A stretch of DNA of 63,393 bases, the filler included, from Octopus bimaculoides (lineage: Eukaryota): the NCBI RefSeq assembly GCF_001194135.2. It is 4 parts of 4 records of this genome, joined end to end, with 100 filler letters (N's around TTAATTAATTAA, not from the genome) between each part and the next. Parts side by side here need not be neighbours in the genome. Positions count along the whole stretch, not along the records: positions 13,118 to 42,847 come from NC_068987.1; 3 more parts are not named here. The stretch is one strand, 5' to 3'. The position numbers and the translations under genes were made by a program. The notes under the pieces are model-generated. The model was given only the letters and a program-made list of their open reading frames with translations. It did no database searches and was not told the DNA's origin. Each line of letters opens with the position of its first letter. Within the stretch, counting starts at the first letter, position 1. Positions 25,330 to 38,933 of this stretch are shown piece by piece.

Positions 25330-26120
25330 TTTCAGCAATTAGAGCAGCAACGTAGAGATCTCTACGTTGGGTCGACTAATTACTAATTTAATCTTCTACC
25401 GGTCGACATTTGCAAGATAAAACAAAACTAGAAACAAGGAATACGCATAATGTCTAGTGTCTGATTTGGTGATTTGAGGAGGCAGGAGTGGAGGTCATAT
25501 GCAGCTAACTAGCTTCAAAGGATAAAATGCGGATAGAGTAGCAACAGAAGAGATTGAATGAGGATGTTGTGTATCTCTGGACCAGTGGGTATAGTGTAGT
25601 AAACCCTTTGCCATTTAGCTGAGATATTGTAGTAGTAATAGAATAGAGAGATAAAGGAGATAGTGCACCAATGGGCTCGAGACTGTTTCAGTGTTATGCA
25701 TATCTATGTTACTTGTGAGAGGATCAACCACAGCCAGAAGTTTATAACTAGAAAAAAAGCAAACTGTTGCTTATGTATGATAGAATTATTTCTAAATAAG
25801 AAATCATTCTCGCATCCATTTTCTTTTAGATGCGGCTAAGGTTATTCGTGTGTATAGCAGCAGTTGCATTGTAAAGAAGAGATCAGTATGTTATTTTATA
25901 TCTTGAACTTAAGGAGAGCCAACAGACGATCAGAGCTGAGGTGTTTTCCGGCCATCAAAAAAGGAGGCTAGAGTTTGGGTTACAAATTTTGGGATGTTAT
26001 TAATGTAAGGTTATCAGAAGAGATCATAACAGGTTGTGACGTTCAACATTTCTCGTAACACATGATTTTAATTTTGTTTTTTCCAAGAGTAGAGAGAGTG
26101 GCGTGGAAAATTTTTCTATG
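25330..26120 (-). mobile_element. Old LINE (CR1/Jockey-like) RT remnant
   Basis: Degenerate motif order on the minus strand, broken by stops and frameshifts; weak. Confidence 0.3.
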
Positions 26121-26799
26121 ATATATGCATTAATTGTATCTTGTGCTGGTGAAGAACCATAATAGACCGTTTCCATCTCATTTTGTCAGGAGTTCAATCG
26201 TTACTCTACGGAACTTTACACAGAAATTACAATGAAATGATCGATGAATCGACCGTATTATATGGATTGTTCTTTTACAGAACCCTGGCTGATAAAAAGT
26301 AAACTCAGCTTTACAGGATTTGAACTCAGAAAACAAAAGTAAGTGCCAACTATTATATAACACACAGTCCTGCCTTTCTGCTATATCTCCCACTTCCCCG
26401 AGTTCTAATTTAGAATTTATTCCATCATCTATACACAAATAAATTACTGGTCGCAGTAAATTATCACATGATCAAGAATAACACTCGAACAACCTTGGAC
26501 ACAAAGACATGCAGTCTCTTCAACCTGTCTTATTCCCTCATTCCACCAACGGTTTCTGCTACTTCCAGGTTACCCAGTGGCCCAGGAACAAAATTTGCAA
26601 ACTCAGGTCCAAGATATTTTACAAACAAGGCTGATCATTACTCAATTTTAATATCAAAACAAACACAGGTATGATAATATTTTTTATTATTATACAAGTA
26701 ATGCTTCAAATCACTCCAAAAATTTTTCTATACTCATTTGTTTTGCCGAGGAAGTTTTCCAAGAGAATGTCTAAAGTCTTTTCATTGCACAAGATTTAT

Positions 26800-28110
26800 G
26801 TACATGCATTACAGCACAGTGTATCAGACGATGTTGCGTCATTGTGGTATGGAGTCAGGTCTTCAACCAGCAAAGTTTGCTGAACATTCTCTTGCTTGAT
26901 GCAAGAGACACAGGCTTGCAGCATGATGACATTTTCATCACAAAGGCTGGTCTATTGCGCTTTCAGAAGAATGATGATTTGGTAAGCAAAGTTCAAGCAT
27001 CAGTAACCAAGGTCACCTTAGGTCCAACTACTTGGAGGACAAAGTCCAGTGAGTGGTTTCCGATGTGTATAACATATGTACCAGGAAACATGTGTTTTAA
27101 TCTTTTTTGTATATGTTAAATGTTTCCACTCATGGTACAAGCGCCATCAAAGGAAAAAGCAACATAATTTTGAGCCCAGATCGATGTTGAAATAACAAAA
27201 AAAGACATCCAGAATAACGTTAGTTAGTGTCTCCAAAGTGTAGTCAGGAGAAAATCTTTGAGGACCTATTGGTTTTCAGAAACATAACGACTATAATTGA
27301 TTCTTGTTTCATGCCAGAGCAATCGCATATAATACCGATAAACATGAAATCTTTATCATTTTTATGATCTTATGTAGGGTGTTATGATCGTATGCCTCTA
27401 GTATTTAATTTTGTATGGTATCAGCTAGGAAATTAACTCGCCGTTTAAGTCGCTGACATACTGGAGTATTACTACCTCCATCAAGGTACGCCCAACACAC
27501 CTATCTACCTTATCATGCTATTGGTACGCACATTGTGTTGTCTTCCCTTGCAATTCTAACTTCTCAGAACGTCACCGCTCTAGAATTGTTCACTCGCCCT
27601 TATGTCGACTTACAGATGTTCAAATCAGAACATCAGCTGTTTTAATCGGAATACGTGCTGAAATCATAGGAAGAGATTGAACTATATAAATACCCTATAG
27701 TCCTAATAAGTTGTAGGGACAGCAGTTAAAGGCTTCACGCAAAACGGTGAAAGCAGATTAGCTTAGCGAAATACAAAATTGCAACTGAAAATCAAAGTAA
27801 GGAAGAAAAGGGATCTCTTTTTGTTGGTCTTTATCTGAGAAAAGCTTTCAAATTATATTAGAGAGAATATCTACAGCTAGGGAGAATGAGGAAGAGTTCA
27901 TCTTCTGGGAAATAGCGGTCACGTCTTTCTAAAATTACAAACAAATAACTTTATGAAGAATTATGAGACGCCCTCTCAATTTAATGTTTGTAGTTCAGAA
28001 CAAGAGACATTGAGAAAACCTTTATAACGTTACTCGGCCTACTGGTAATAACAGACAAATCACAGTTTTCAAAAGAAAAGCACACCTCGAATAATGTATT
28101 CCTAAGTAGT
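26800..28110 (+). mobile_element. Possible very decayed PLE RT/endonuclease remnant
   Basis: HDDIFIT at 26922 and later TSNNVF; little else is alignable by eye. Confidence 0.25.
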
Positions 28111-28924
28111 CACCCATAAAAAAGATGTGACGGTCACAGTTGGAATACTTTTCACCATTGGTCTAATCAAACAGAATTGACTTAACAACGACGACGACCA
28201 CGACAGAAACAACAACGAAAAGAACAACTAAGACGACGATGATAACGACAGAAACAGCAGCACAACAGAAAATACCATTGTATAGCTATTTATTATAATT
28301 GTTATATCTGAGACCTTACTCTTTATTAATGTATGCGATTTACAAATGTTTTTTTTTTCAGAAGTATCATATTCATATTGCAAGCCAAGAAATTGTCTGT
28401 TTCTTATATGTATTCAATTCAGAAACTTGAATTTATATAATAACATTTTTTATCTGACAGCAACCTGTTATTTAATATTAATAAATCAAGATTTGTTGGT
28501 TTGTGGAATGATAAATCTAAAACTAAGAACTTATAAAGAAGTTCACAATTTTATAATATTCTACACGTAAGAACTATATGATAATGGCATATAGACTGCA
28601 TTTTAAAATGAGAATCAAAAGGAGCAAAATGTCAAAAATTTACAAATGTATTAAAATAGATAAATTATATAAGAACTACTTAGTTCACATAAAACAATAT
28701 TTCATCTTAGTTGAAATATAATTATATTCACTATAAATCACACCTTTGTAACGGAAGAGTATATTTGACAGAATTCACTTCACAGTATATCGGTTAATTA
28801 TTTTTTATCGATACCAGAAAAATCAAAAGCGAAATCAAAGCTGGTAGGATCTGAAATAAGAAAATCAGTGCTACACAGTGGATCATATCTATGTACTCAA
28901 TATCACTAGAATATATTTAGACTC

Positions 28925-29065
28925 TTTACGTTCTGAGTTAAAATTCCACCGAGATCGACTTTGTATTTCATCTTTTCAGGATAGGTAAAATAAAGTAACA
29001 ATTGAACACCGAAAATGACGTAATCGACAGCATCTTTCGTCCAAAACTGCTGGCCTTGTACCAAA
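28925..29065 (+). mobile_element. tRNA-SINE 3' part (family of 4856-5765)
   Basis: TTTACGTTCTGAGTTAAAATTCCACCGAGATCGACTTTG..TTCATCTTTTC..GGCCTTGTACCAAAATT. Confidence 0.7.
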
Positions 29066-29825
29066 ATTATTAATCAAATATACTAAAAATAGAACAATTT
29101 CCATTTATGATATAAAAATAACGAATTAGAAACGTTAATGATAGGTTACAGACAGCCACAGATACACTATATACTGATCCTTGTAAAAAAAAAAGCGTAA
29201 ATTTACGAAACATATACCATTAATTTCCATCCTTATGATTCCAGGTTGTGTTGACTGATCTACTTATAATATCAACATAGTCCATAACATAACCAAAAAC
29301 AAACTACGAACATTCATTTGATATTGAACCAATACTGAAGATTTCATGGATTTGCGATCATCACAAGTATAAAATTATTTTCTGTTAGCAAAGAAAACAT
29401 ATTGTAAATTATAGGTAGGGAGATGTGTATCAGCTATATCTTTCCTAAGAGATTAGTAATGAAAGGGAAGTGAATATACTTTAAACGGTGATTTCAAAGT
29501 GTCAACGAATCACCTGCTGGAAGTTATGTTTTGCTAGAATTATGGCGATAAACATTGAACTCTACTGACAGCTATTTTATGGGGGAAGAAAATGAAGCTT
29601 GTTAGCTTCCAAAACCTATTAGCTGTGTAAGTCAAATTATTTCACTTGTGATTGCAACCACAATCTCATTTAACAAGTGGCAATGCAGGGGCAGACTTCA
29701 AAGGATTCTTTACTTGGCTATATTTCTGTTTGGTACTTATCTCATCGATATACATACAAGCACGAGCGCGCGCACACACGCACGTACATACAAATGCATG
29801 CAGACATACAAACACACATTCACGC

Positions 29826-29869
<44 letters not shown>

Positions 29870-30992
29870 GCATACCTACATATACATAAAAACACATGCC
29901 CACACATACGCACACAGGTACACACACACAAGCACATACACATACATATATATAAATATATTAACAAGTGGCTAGGTTGCCGTCAAATTCTATGANNNNN
30001 NNNNNNNNNNNNNNNNNNNNNNNNNNNNNNNNNNNNNNNNNNNNNNNNNNNNNNNNNNNNNNNNNNNNNNNNNNNNNNNNNNNNNNNNNNNNNNNNNNNN
30101 NNNNNNNNNNNNNNNNNNNNNNNNNNNNNNNNNNNNNNNNNNNNNNNNNNNNNNNNNNNNNNNNNNNNNNNNNNNNNNNNNNNNNNNNNNNNNNNNNNNN
30201 NNNNNNNNNNNNNNNNNNNNNNNNNNNNNNNNNNNNNNNNNNNNNNNNNNNNNNNNNNNNNNNNNNNNNNNNNNNNNNNNNNNNNNNNNNNNNNNNNNNN
30301 NNNNNNNNNNNNNNNNNNNNNNNNNNNNNNNNNNNNNNNNNNNNNNNNNNNNNNNNNNNNNNNNNNNNNNNNNNNNNNNNNNNNNNNNNNNNNNNNNNNN
30401 NNNNNNNNNNNNNNNNNNNNNNNNNNNNNNNNNNNNNNNNNNNNNNNNNNNNNNNNNNNNNNNNNNNNNNNNNNNNNNNNNNNNNNNNNNNNNNNNNNNN
30501 NNNNNNNNNNNNNNNNNNNNNNNNNNNNNNNNNNNNNNNNNNNNNNNNNNNNNNNNNNNNNNNNNNNNNNNNNNNNNNNNNNNNNNNNNNNNNNNNNNNN
30601 NNNNNNNNNNNNNNNNNNNNNNNNNNNNNNNNNNNNNNNNNNNNNNNNNNNNNNNNNNNNNNNNNNNNNNNNNNNNNNNNNNNNNNNNNNNNNNNNNNNN
30701 NNNNNNNNNNNNNNNNNNNNNNNNNNNNNNNNNNNNNNNNNNNNNNNNNNNNNNNNNNNNNNNNNNNNNNNNNNNNNNNNNNNNNNNNNNNNNNNNNNNN
30801 NNNNNNNNNNNNNNNNNNNNNNNNNNNNNNNNNNNNNNNNNNNNNNNNNNNNNNNNNNNNNNNNNNNNNNNNNNNNNNNNNNNNNNNNNNNNNNNNNNNN
30901 NNNNNNNNNNNNNNNNNNNNNNNNNNNNNNNNNNNNNNNNNNNNNNNNNNNNNNNNNNNNNNNNNNNNNNNNNNNNNNNNNNNNNNNNNNNA

Positions 30993-31029
<37 letters not shown>

Positions 31030-31031
<2 letters not shown>

Positions 31032-32175
31032 ATTAGAGAAAACAACCAACTCTCATGAACTCATCCAAGAAAATCCACAGTCGCATATAGAAAAAATTAA
31101 TAAGTAAATACACTAAAAAGAACTATAATAAAATACAAACTAATAATCATTAAGATACTAAAACGACCACATGTGTTTCATAACTAAATTTTCAAACAGA
31201 AAATAAAATAAAATCAAATCGATTAAAATAAATCGATCGAAAATCAATTCTATTAAAAATATAGCTAATCTTCGGGTCAAAATAATAATAAGATGAATGT
31301 ATATATATCAACCAACAATAAATAACAAATGAATTTATATAAAAATACATATTATATCAAGAAGTAAAAGTACTTATTTTACTAATAAATAAAAGAAAAA
31401 TATTCAACGATATTTTATTTATGGAAGCTTTAGTTTAAACTAAAATTAAACGTTATTTTTAATTAAACGTGTTTTTCTTTAATTTATTGGTGAAATAAAT
31501 ATTTTTATATAAATTCATTTAATATTTCTGTAAGTTTATATTCTAATAAACGTAAAGTTAATAATGTCACGTTTATAATTTTAGTTTAGTCTAAAACTTC
31601 GTTAAGATAAGTATTACATTTATTTTAATAATATTGTTAAACATTTTTATTTATTGGTAAAATAAGTATTTTTATAGAAATTCATTTGTTATATATTGTT
31701 AGCTGATATTCTAATAAACGATGTCTTAATAGTATAACGTTTAATTTTAGTTTAAACTAAAGCGTCGATAAGTATAATATCGTTAAATATTTTTCTTTAA
31801 TTTATTAGTAAAACAAGTACTTTTACTTCTTGATATAATAAGTATTTTAATATAAATTCATTTGTTATTTATTGTTGGTTGATATATATACATTCATTTT
31901 ATTATTATTATTTTTGTATTTGGACAAGAAGATTAGCTATATTTTTGAATAGAATTAATTTTCGATCGATTTATTTTAATCGATTTGATTTTATTTGATT
32001 TTCTATTTGAAAATTTGGTTATGAAACACGTGTTGTCGTTTTATTATTTTAATGATTATTACTTTGTATTTTATTATAGTTCTTTTTAGTGTATTTACTT
32101 ATTAAATTTTTCTATATATGACCGTGAATTTTCGTAGATGAGTTCATGAACTTTGGCTCTTTTCTCTAATTTATA
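31030..32175. mobile_element. AT-rich foldback element (~430-bp inverted arms, modular tandem interior)
   Basis: 31030-31455 matches the reverse complement of 31735-32175. The spacer holds further direct copies of the inner module (TTTAATTTATTGGT.AAATAA.TATTTTTAT..AAATTCATTT at ~31480, ~31650, ~31795). Confidence 0.85.
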
Positions 32176-32281
32176 TATTTATATATTATATATTATATAC
32201 TGTGAAACTTAATTGAATTTTAATTTTTGATAAATTGAATTTAATTGAGTTTTTACCTGTAAATTTGGATTTTTATCCCTA

Positions 32282-32339
<58 letters not shown>

Positions 32340-32393
32340 CATTATAATATATATATATGTGTGTATGTATGTATGTATGTATGTATGTATACA

Positions 32394-33272
32394 TACGTGG
32401 TCTGATTAATAAGTATCCGGAGTGTTGTCATAGTAACAATGCTAAACCACGCAGAGTGAAGGCACTTGGCACCGATTGACCTTGAACTCTGTTGTGCATG
32501 CGCTGAAAGTTTTAACGTTCTGGCTCACTTCCACTGTTTACAGCAGTTCTTGGAAGGAATGTGTGTAGCGTGTGATCGTCGCATTGACCATAACAGAGAG
32601 TTGAGCAGAGAATCTGCATCAAATTTTGCCAAAAGCCTGGTGATACCTACTTAGAGGCCTACGCAGAGTTTTCAAAAAGTTTACATTGTTCTCGACACAG
32701 TCAAGATCTAGTACAACTGAAACCCGAGTCTCTTCTTGGTCAGTTGAATTCAGTTTTGGCACAATTTGGCAGACACGCATCTCATACCCAAATCTACAGG
32801 GATAATGGACTGATGTGAACTATAACTAATCTGCACATTTTCTGATAACTCACGGATGGTGATTCGACGATTTACCCTCACAGCTGCACGTACATCTGCG
32901 ATGCTTTCTCTGCTAGTTACGGGCCTCAATATCGACATTCTTCGGCCATCTTAGAAACAACTGAACTACTCGTACACGTGTGTGCGGCTCATACACTCCT
33001 CTCCATACACGTTCTGCAACTTTGCGTAGGCCTCTGAGCAGGTGTTACCATGACAACTTTCTCTGTCTTCGTCAATGCAACGATCACTCACTACACACCT
33101 TCCTTCCAAGCACTCCTGTAAATAGCAAAAATGAGCTAGGACGTAGAACGTGAAAGTTTAGAGCGCATGCACATCAGAATTCAAGGTAAATCTTTGCCAA
33201 GCGGCTTTTCTCAGCGTGCTTTAGCTACGTTACTATGGTAAGAGTCCGGATACTTATTGATAGGACCTCGTA
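32394..33272. mobile_element. Mariner derivative made of two 5' halves head-to-head
   Basis: ~44-bp TIRs TACG.GGTC...ATAAGTATCCGGA...CATAGTAAC with TA ends. Plus-strand N-terminus CIKFCQK (32593-) and minus-strand N-terminus GNTCSEAYAKLQNVYGEECMSRTHVYE...RRITIRELSE...DLGMRCVSAK. Confidence 0.8.
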
Positions 33273-34385
33273 CACACACATATATATACATACATACATA
33301 CATACATACATAATGTATATATGTATGTATATAATGACTAGCACCATTTAAACTAGTTGCAGCAAAATCGTGTAAGTAAACAGGTCGCAGCTGGTGCGAC
33401 GAAAATTTTGACACAAACGTTTAAGTGAAGTAGTCTATCTGTGTATATCTTTGAAATGCTAAGCATTTTGCCTGGGGTGCTAACGATTCTGCCAGATAAC
33501 TGGTAGCCGTAATTGAGGACGCTTGTTCTTGATTTTGCATTAAGATTTTCAGCACGAAAGCGTTTGGTTTCGATGTGAACTTTTTCCCTATACAACCATA
33601 TTCAGTAGAGGAAATAAGTGATGTAAAATGTGTAAATTTAATTCTTTAATTAAGAATCAAAAGTAAACAGTGGAAAACATTAGGCGAATCTGACCACTTA
33701 TTTAGACGAACGTTCTCTAAGTATATTGTATTCTGGCATAAGTACATAAACTTTCATCACTTATAGCATAAAAATTATTGAGAGTTAGCAAACAACACAT
33801 TCATGCTTTTCCACCTGAATCAAAAAATAAATATAAAATAAAATATGAAAAAAAAAAAAAACGCATCGGAGGGGAGATGCACACTCTACATCTGAATCTG
33901 TGGGTGAATTGATTTGCAAATTATAATGTGGCTTGCCCTGCGTTACTTACCCGTGCATTTTAATTGAACTGAATTAAGCTCTGTAAGTGTTTCATTAAAA
34001 GAGAATTAGAAGACTAAAAAGATTACAGCTAAAAGTAAGCATGATAAAATATTCAACATCTTCCAATGATGGCAAGCGAATCAAACGTACCGTAGTTCGT
34101 TATTGGGTATAAATAATATGACCATTTGCTTATCGAGAAATTTGTAAGCTCGATTTAAAAAAAAAAATTATTTCATTTTTTTAAGTATCATCATTACAGG
34201 TATTTATACTCCAGTGAAATTTAGAAATCAGCTCCTAAGTAAACGAAACTCTCGAATGCACCACTGTACAAACACACATACACAGTCACGTATCTGTGTA
34301 TGCATTTATGTATGTATGTACCCACAGATGTCTAGGTGCATAGGTACATAGGTACACCATGATCTATACACACCCAGACTAGGGT

Positions 34386-34423
<38 letters not shown>

Positions 34424-35913
34424 GCATGTATGAGTTAGAGCATCCACCACATAATCGGACTTAACGAACTGTGAACCCCAATATAATGTAAGACACTCGA
34501 ATCCTTGATCTCTTTAGAAAAAATCTGTTAAGGACCATGACTTATGCGGTGTTGCATATAAACTGACACTGGAACGATATGTAATGCAAGACATGCATGT
34601 TATTGAATATAATATAACATTTTTGTTAAACTCATTATATTTCGATTTCGGAATAGGTTACCTTGTAAAAATTGGAGTTTTATGTAATGGGGCAATCAGG
34701 TTTACTATCTATATCGTTCATAAGATCATTAACGATGTGGGTACAGTGACTTTCGGTTTTCCCTAGAAATCTAATCATAAGCATGTATTCGTTCGTGGGA
34801 ACGTGATATAATGAAAATCATTCAAACTACATCTGTTATACTGGTATTAATGTTATTAACACGAGGAAAATATAAAATGAAAGGAGGACGAGCGAAACGT
34901 TATCAGATTACATATGTTAAACTATTTGATCTTGTAGACAATGACAAAAAAACTAAAGGAATTAAGGAAAAAGAGAGCAGATAAATAAATAAATAAATAA
35001 ATAAATAAAGGAGAGAGAGAGAGACAGAGAGAGTGGAAAGACAGAAAACAGACAAATTGAGAGATATTCAGTAATGTTCTTATATTGCCGTCCATTATAT
35101 CGTCGTGGTTATTAGTGATTCGATAAATTTTGACTTGTTATCTAGAACTAGCCTAAAAACTCCGGTTACATTTTGGAGACATTGATCACTAGGTAAATAC
35201 TGGAAGTTTATAATATGCAGGAACGTTTTATACTAAATTAAATGATAGTAATACATGAAGAATAAAAGTTTAATTGAACCTGTGCAGTCACTGGCAGTTT
35301 TTTAGAGTAGATAATCACAAATAGGCAAGTCTTAATTGCTATGCCAAAAGTAAATCTGTCCATATAAAAGTCATCATGTAGTTCACAATGTTTTCCCACC
35401 TCGCAGCACATTGAGCGTCTTGGATTAACAGATTGTCCAATAACTCGTGAGTAGAATTTGTTTAACAGCAATAGTGTAGAAGCCCTTCGTAAGAGCCGCA
35501 AACGGTCTGTGGTTCAAATTTGGTTGTAGAGTGCATTCATCTAAAAAGTGACACGATTCTTTGACCACTCCTTCACATATATATCCACTAATTTTGCCGC
35601 GTCTACAGATGTGATGATTTGATTAGCTATAAGTCTGTCTAACTCCTCTCCCATTTGAGAAATCCATATTACTTATATCTTCTGAAATGAATCTTACCTT
35701 TCATATAATAGTATATACAAATATATTTACCTTTATAGCTCGACCTGATTTTGCCGACGAAATGTCGGATATCGCCTGAAGAAATGACGAAATGGCGCAG
35801 TTGCGCATTAATGAGAAATTATGTTATACTGCGTAATTATTATGCGTTGTTGAATAAATGACACGCTATTGAAACGTGTGTAATGATACTTTGATCAGTC
35901 TATTCTTTTTTTA

Positions 35914-35915
<2 letters not shown>

Positions 35916-35991
<76 letters not shown>

Positions 35992-36006
35992 ACACATGTA
36001 TGTATG

Positions 36007-36037
<31 letters not shown>

Positions 36038-36040
36038 TGC
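35916..36040. repeat. (CA)n followed by (TGTA)n microsatellite
   Basis: Direct observation. Confidence 0.95.
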
Positions 36041-36329
36041 ATATATACATGTATACATATATATATGTATGGATTTTTGTATTTGCGGTGTTATACTAGA
36101 TTAAATCCTTTGTGTCTAGCAATTCTGCCGTACAGTGTTTGCTTTTGCCGTGAATTGCTTATTGATGGCTATTGAGTATAACATTTTCTTTGAAAACATT
36201 GATAATCTTATGGCGGTAAAAGAATATTTCTGGGTCGTAACGCCGCTAAAAAGCTAACAAGAAGAATGTATGCATTTCATTCAATTGGGAATAGCTTTTC
36301 ATGGAAAAACTGATAAAGATTATCTGCAA

Positions 36330-36660
36330 AACACGTTTTCTATAATGTTTGATGAATGTACAGAAATTTCAGTTAACCAAATTCTAGCTACGGATGTAAC
36401 TTAACTTCGTTTCCAATAAGCATGTTATTGTAGATGCTTTGTTAGATACTGTAGCTGTCGTCAAAGGAACGGCTCTTGTTATTTACCTATACTGTCAATT
36501 CTACTTGCTGTGAAAAAAATATTCGTCCAGAAAATATTGAATTTGCAAGTAAGAATTTTTACCTCCATGATAGGCACCGAAACTGTGTTCCAGTAGTTAC
36601 AGAACGATAATGTGAATTTGTCATTACTTCGCTCTGTGTCCTAGCCAAGCTGCCCATGGT
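36330..36660 (+). mobile_element. Decayed hAT transposase fragment
   Basis: FSIMFDECTEISVNQILA and VIVDALLDTVAVVKGTALVIY, typical of the first catalytic-Asp region of hAT transposases. Confidence 0.55.
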
Positions 36661-38714
36661 GCATTGCCCAGGCATTTAGAAATCTTTGAAAAATACTAAA
36701 TATATTATTTTTCTCACAGCGACTGAAATAACTAAGTTTACACAAAGAAGGCGGCTTTTCGGAGAAATAGTAGCTATAGTCAGAGTTTAAATTATAGTGA
36801 GAAGAATTTACAACATAAAAAATAAATAGTCCTGTTCTAAACATACCCAAAAAACTCCAAACCTTGAATTGCGGGAGGTTGGTATGCAGAGGATGTAAGC
36901 TTCAACAGACTAATTCATTGGTTTAACACAATTTCTGCCTCACCGGAGATCCTGTCCCTACTAATGAGGAAATTCAATCTACAGGAGTAGCATACGACCC
37001 CTGCCAGTATAAAGCTATTGAAAAGAAGCAAATAAAACTAAAGAAAACAAATTTGATGTTTACCTTATTTATTTTAGAAGTGAATCCACTGATGATGAAT
37101 TTAGGGAATGTTGAATTGTATCTTGAGCATTTCAGTTTACATAATCTGCATTTAATATCCTTAGAATATAAACAACAAGTTGACGATTTAAAGGCGATTG
37201 TTTGAAAATCTTGGTAAAGGATATCAACCCAAGTGAATTATTGAAGAATCTTAAATTCCCCAAAATTGATCCATGCATTGGAAGTAATTGCAAAAATATT
37301 AAGGCTGTTTACTTTGGAGAAAAGGCAAGACCATATTTAATTACGAAACATTTAATGAAAATGTAGAACTATTTGAAATTCCTTAATGTTTACTTTCATT
37401 GAAGATGGGAATTTTTTTCTAATTTAATATATTAAACTGAAAATAACATAGGATTCTACGCATCTCATTCTTCCAGCTCTTCACTTGCATTAGACCTTCG
37501 CCTATTATTCTACTAGCTGTTCGTTTTCCATTCATTGTCAGAAAGCTGTCTAAACGTTCAATAGACATATTATTGTTTAGCAGCAGTCAATTTACTTCTC
37601 TCTGCTGAATATATTCCTGAATACAAATTAAAAGACATTACAAATTCTGAATTCAAAATATTTTGTTATACAGTAGTTAGTCCGATGTAACAATCTTGCC
37701 ATATTTATCAATGTATGTTGAAAGAATAAGCTCTGTAATAAACTGCAGAGCATATGAAAGAGATTAATTTCAAAGCAATTTATTACTAGAAATATTGTGG
37801 AAAACACTACGTAGAAGACCAGAAATAATTATTGAAGGGCTTTAAGCAAGGCTGTGTAAGCAAAATGTACTTCAAAAAGATTGAAAAGAGTAGACAGAAA
37901 ATAAAAAAATTGCTTACTCCTTCAAATGGAATTGACGAAGAAAAAGTGAAGAAGAAGGAGCAGGAGCAATTATTATGTTCTACATAAAAAGTCAATAAAA
38001 TATCGTTGTATTTCTATTTTAACACAATATTATTTCGTGTCTAGTAGATCTGAGAGTTTTATGAAAATCTCATTGGCGGCTCTGATATAGATTTCCCACT
38101 ATACGTACATCAACTGAAATGGCTTGGATATCTTGTTTGCATGTCCGATTTTCATTATCTCCATAGGTTCCTCTACGACTAAGTACACCATGAACAAAGC
38201 TTGGATAGTAGAACAAAGCAGTAATTCAAGGATCACTCGGATTGGTTTCACTGACATGGGATAACAACTTAACACTAAAACGGGAAGAAAGTGACTTGTA
38301 GGCAGAATTACAGTGGACATCTTCAAGCAAATATTCACTTCTCCTATCTGTGAAAGACGTTGTGCATCAAAGAAGTGGTGTATAATCTAGAATTAGGACA
38401 TAGTCATCAAAAAATCAACACCTAAAAAAGAAGGCTACTATCGGGTTTGATAGATAATTATATCCACATCTTCTGCAGTTGTGAAGTGGTGAATATAAAT
38501 ATGAACGAGGAAAGTGAAAATCGCTTATTTACGAATGAAGAGTTTTGAAATATTCGACTAGCATCGAGTTACATAGATTTTTCTTGTTCTCGTCATAACC
38601 AGTTTAGCATTGACTTGGCGCCTTAGAAACCTGTAACCAAGATCGCTATTGTTCATCAATTACGATATAAAATAATCCTTTTTATTATCTGCACAATACC
38701 TAAAATTTATAGGG

Positions 38715-38885
38715 ACGGAGTTAGTCGATTTCATCGGTTCCAGTGCTCATATGGTAGTTATTTTATCGACCCGCCGAAAAGATGAAAGATAAAGTCGACC
38801 TCGGCAGAATGTGAAACCAGAACGTAAAGTCGGAAGAAATGTCACTAAACATTTTTCTCGGTGTGCTAAAGATTCTGCCAGCTAA
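38715..38885 (-). mobile_element. tRNA-SINE (family of 4856-5765)
   Basis: TTTTATCGACCC..GAAAAGATGAAAGATAAAGTCGACCTCGGCAGAAT..GATTCTGCCAGCT. Confidence 0.8.
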
Positions 38886-38933
38886 CTGGAAGCTGTCTTT
38901 ACGATATAAAGTAATAGTAATAATAATAATAAT

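Noticed and set aside
29240-29350. Signal-peptide-like MNVRSLFLVMLWTMLIL on the minus strand (and a similar hydrophobic 30-aa ORF at 28790-28880)
   Set aside because: In-frame stop before any donor; T-rich sequence readily encodes hydrophobic runs.
35770-35800. CTGAAGA...GAAA string (and a similar TTGACGA...GAAA string on the minus strand at 6150-6195)
   Set aside because: No convincing stems I-III.
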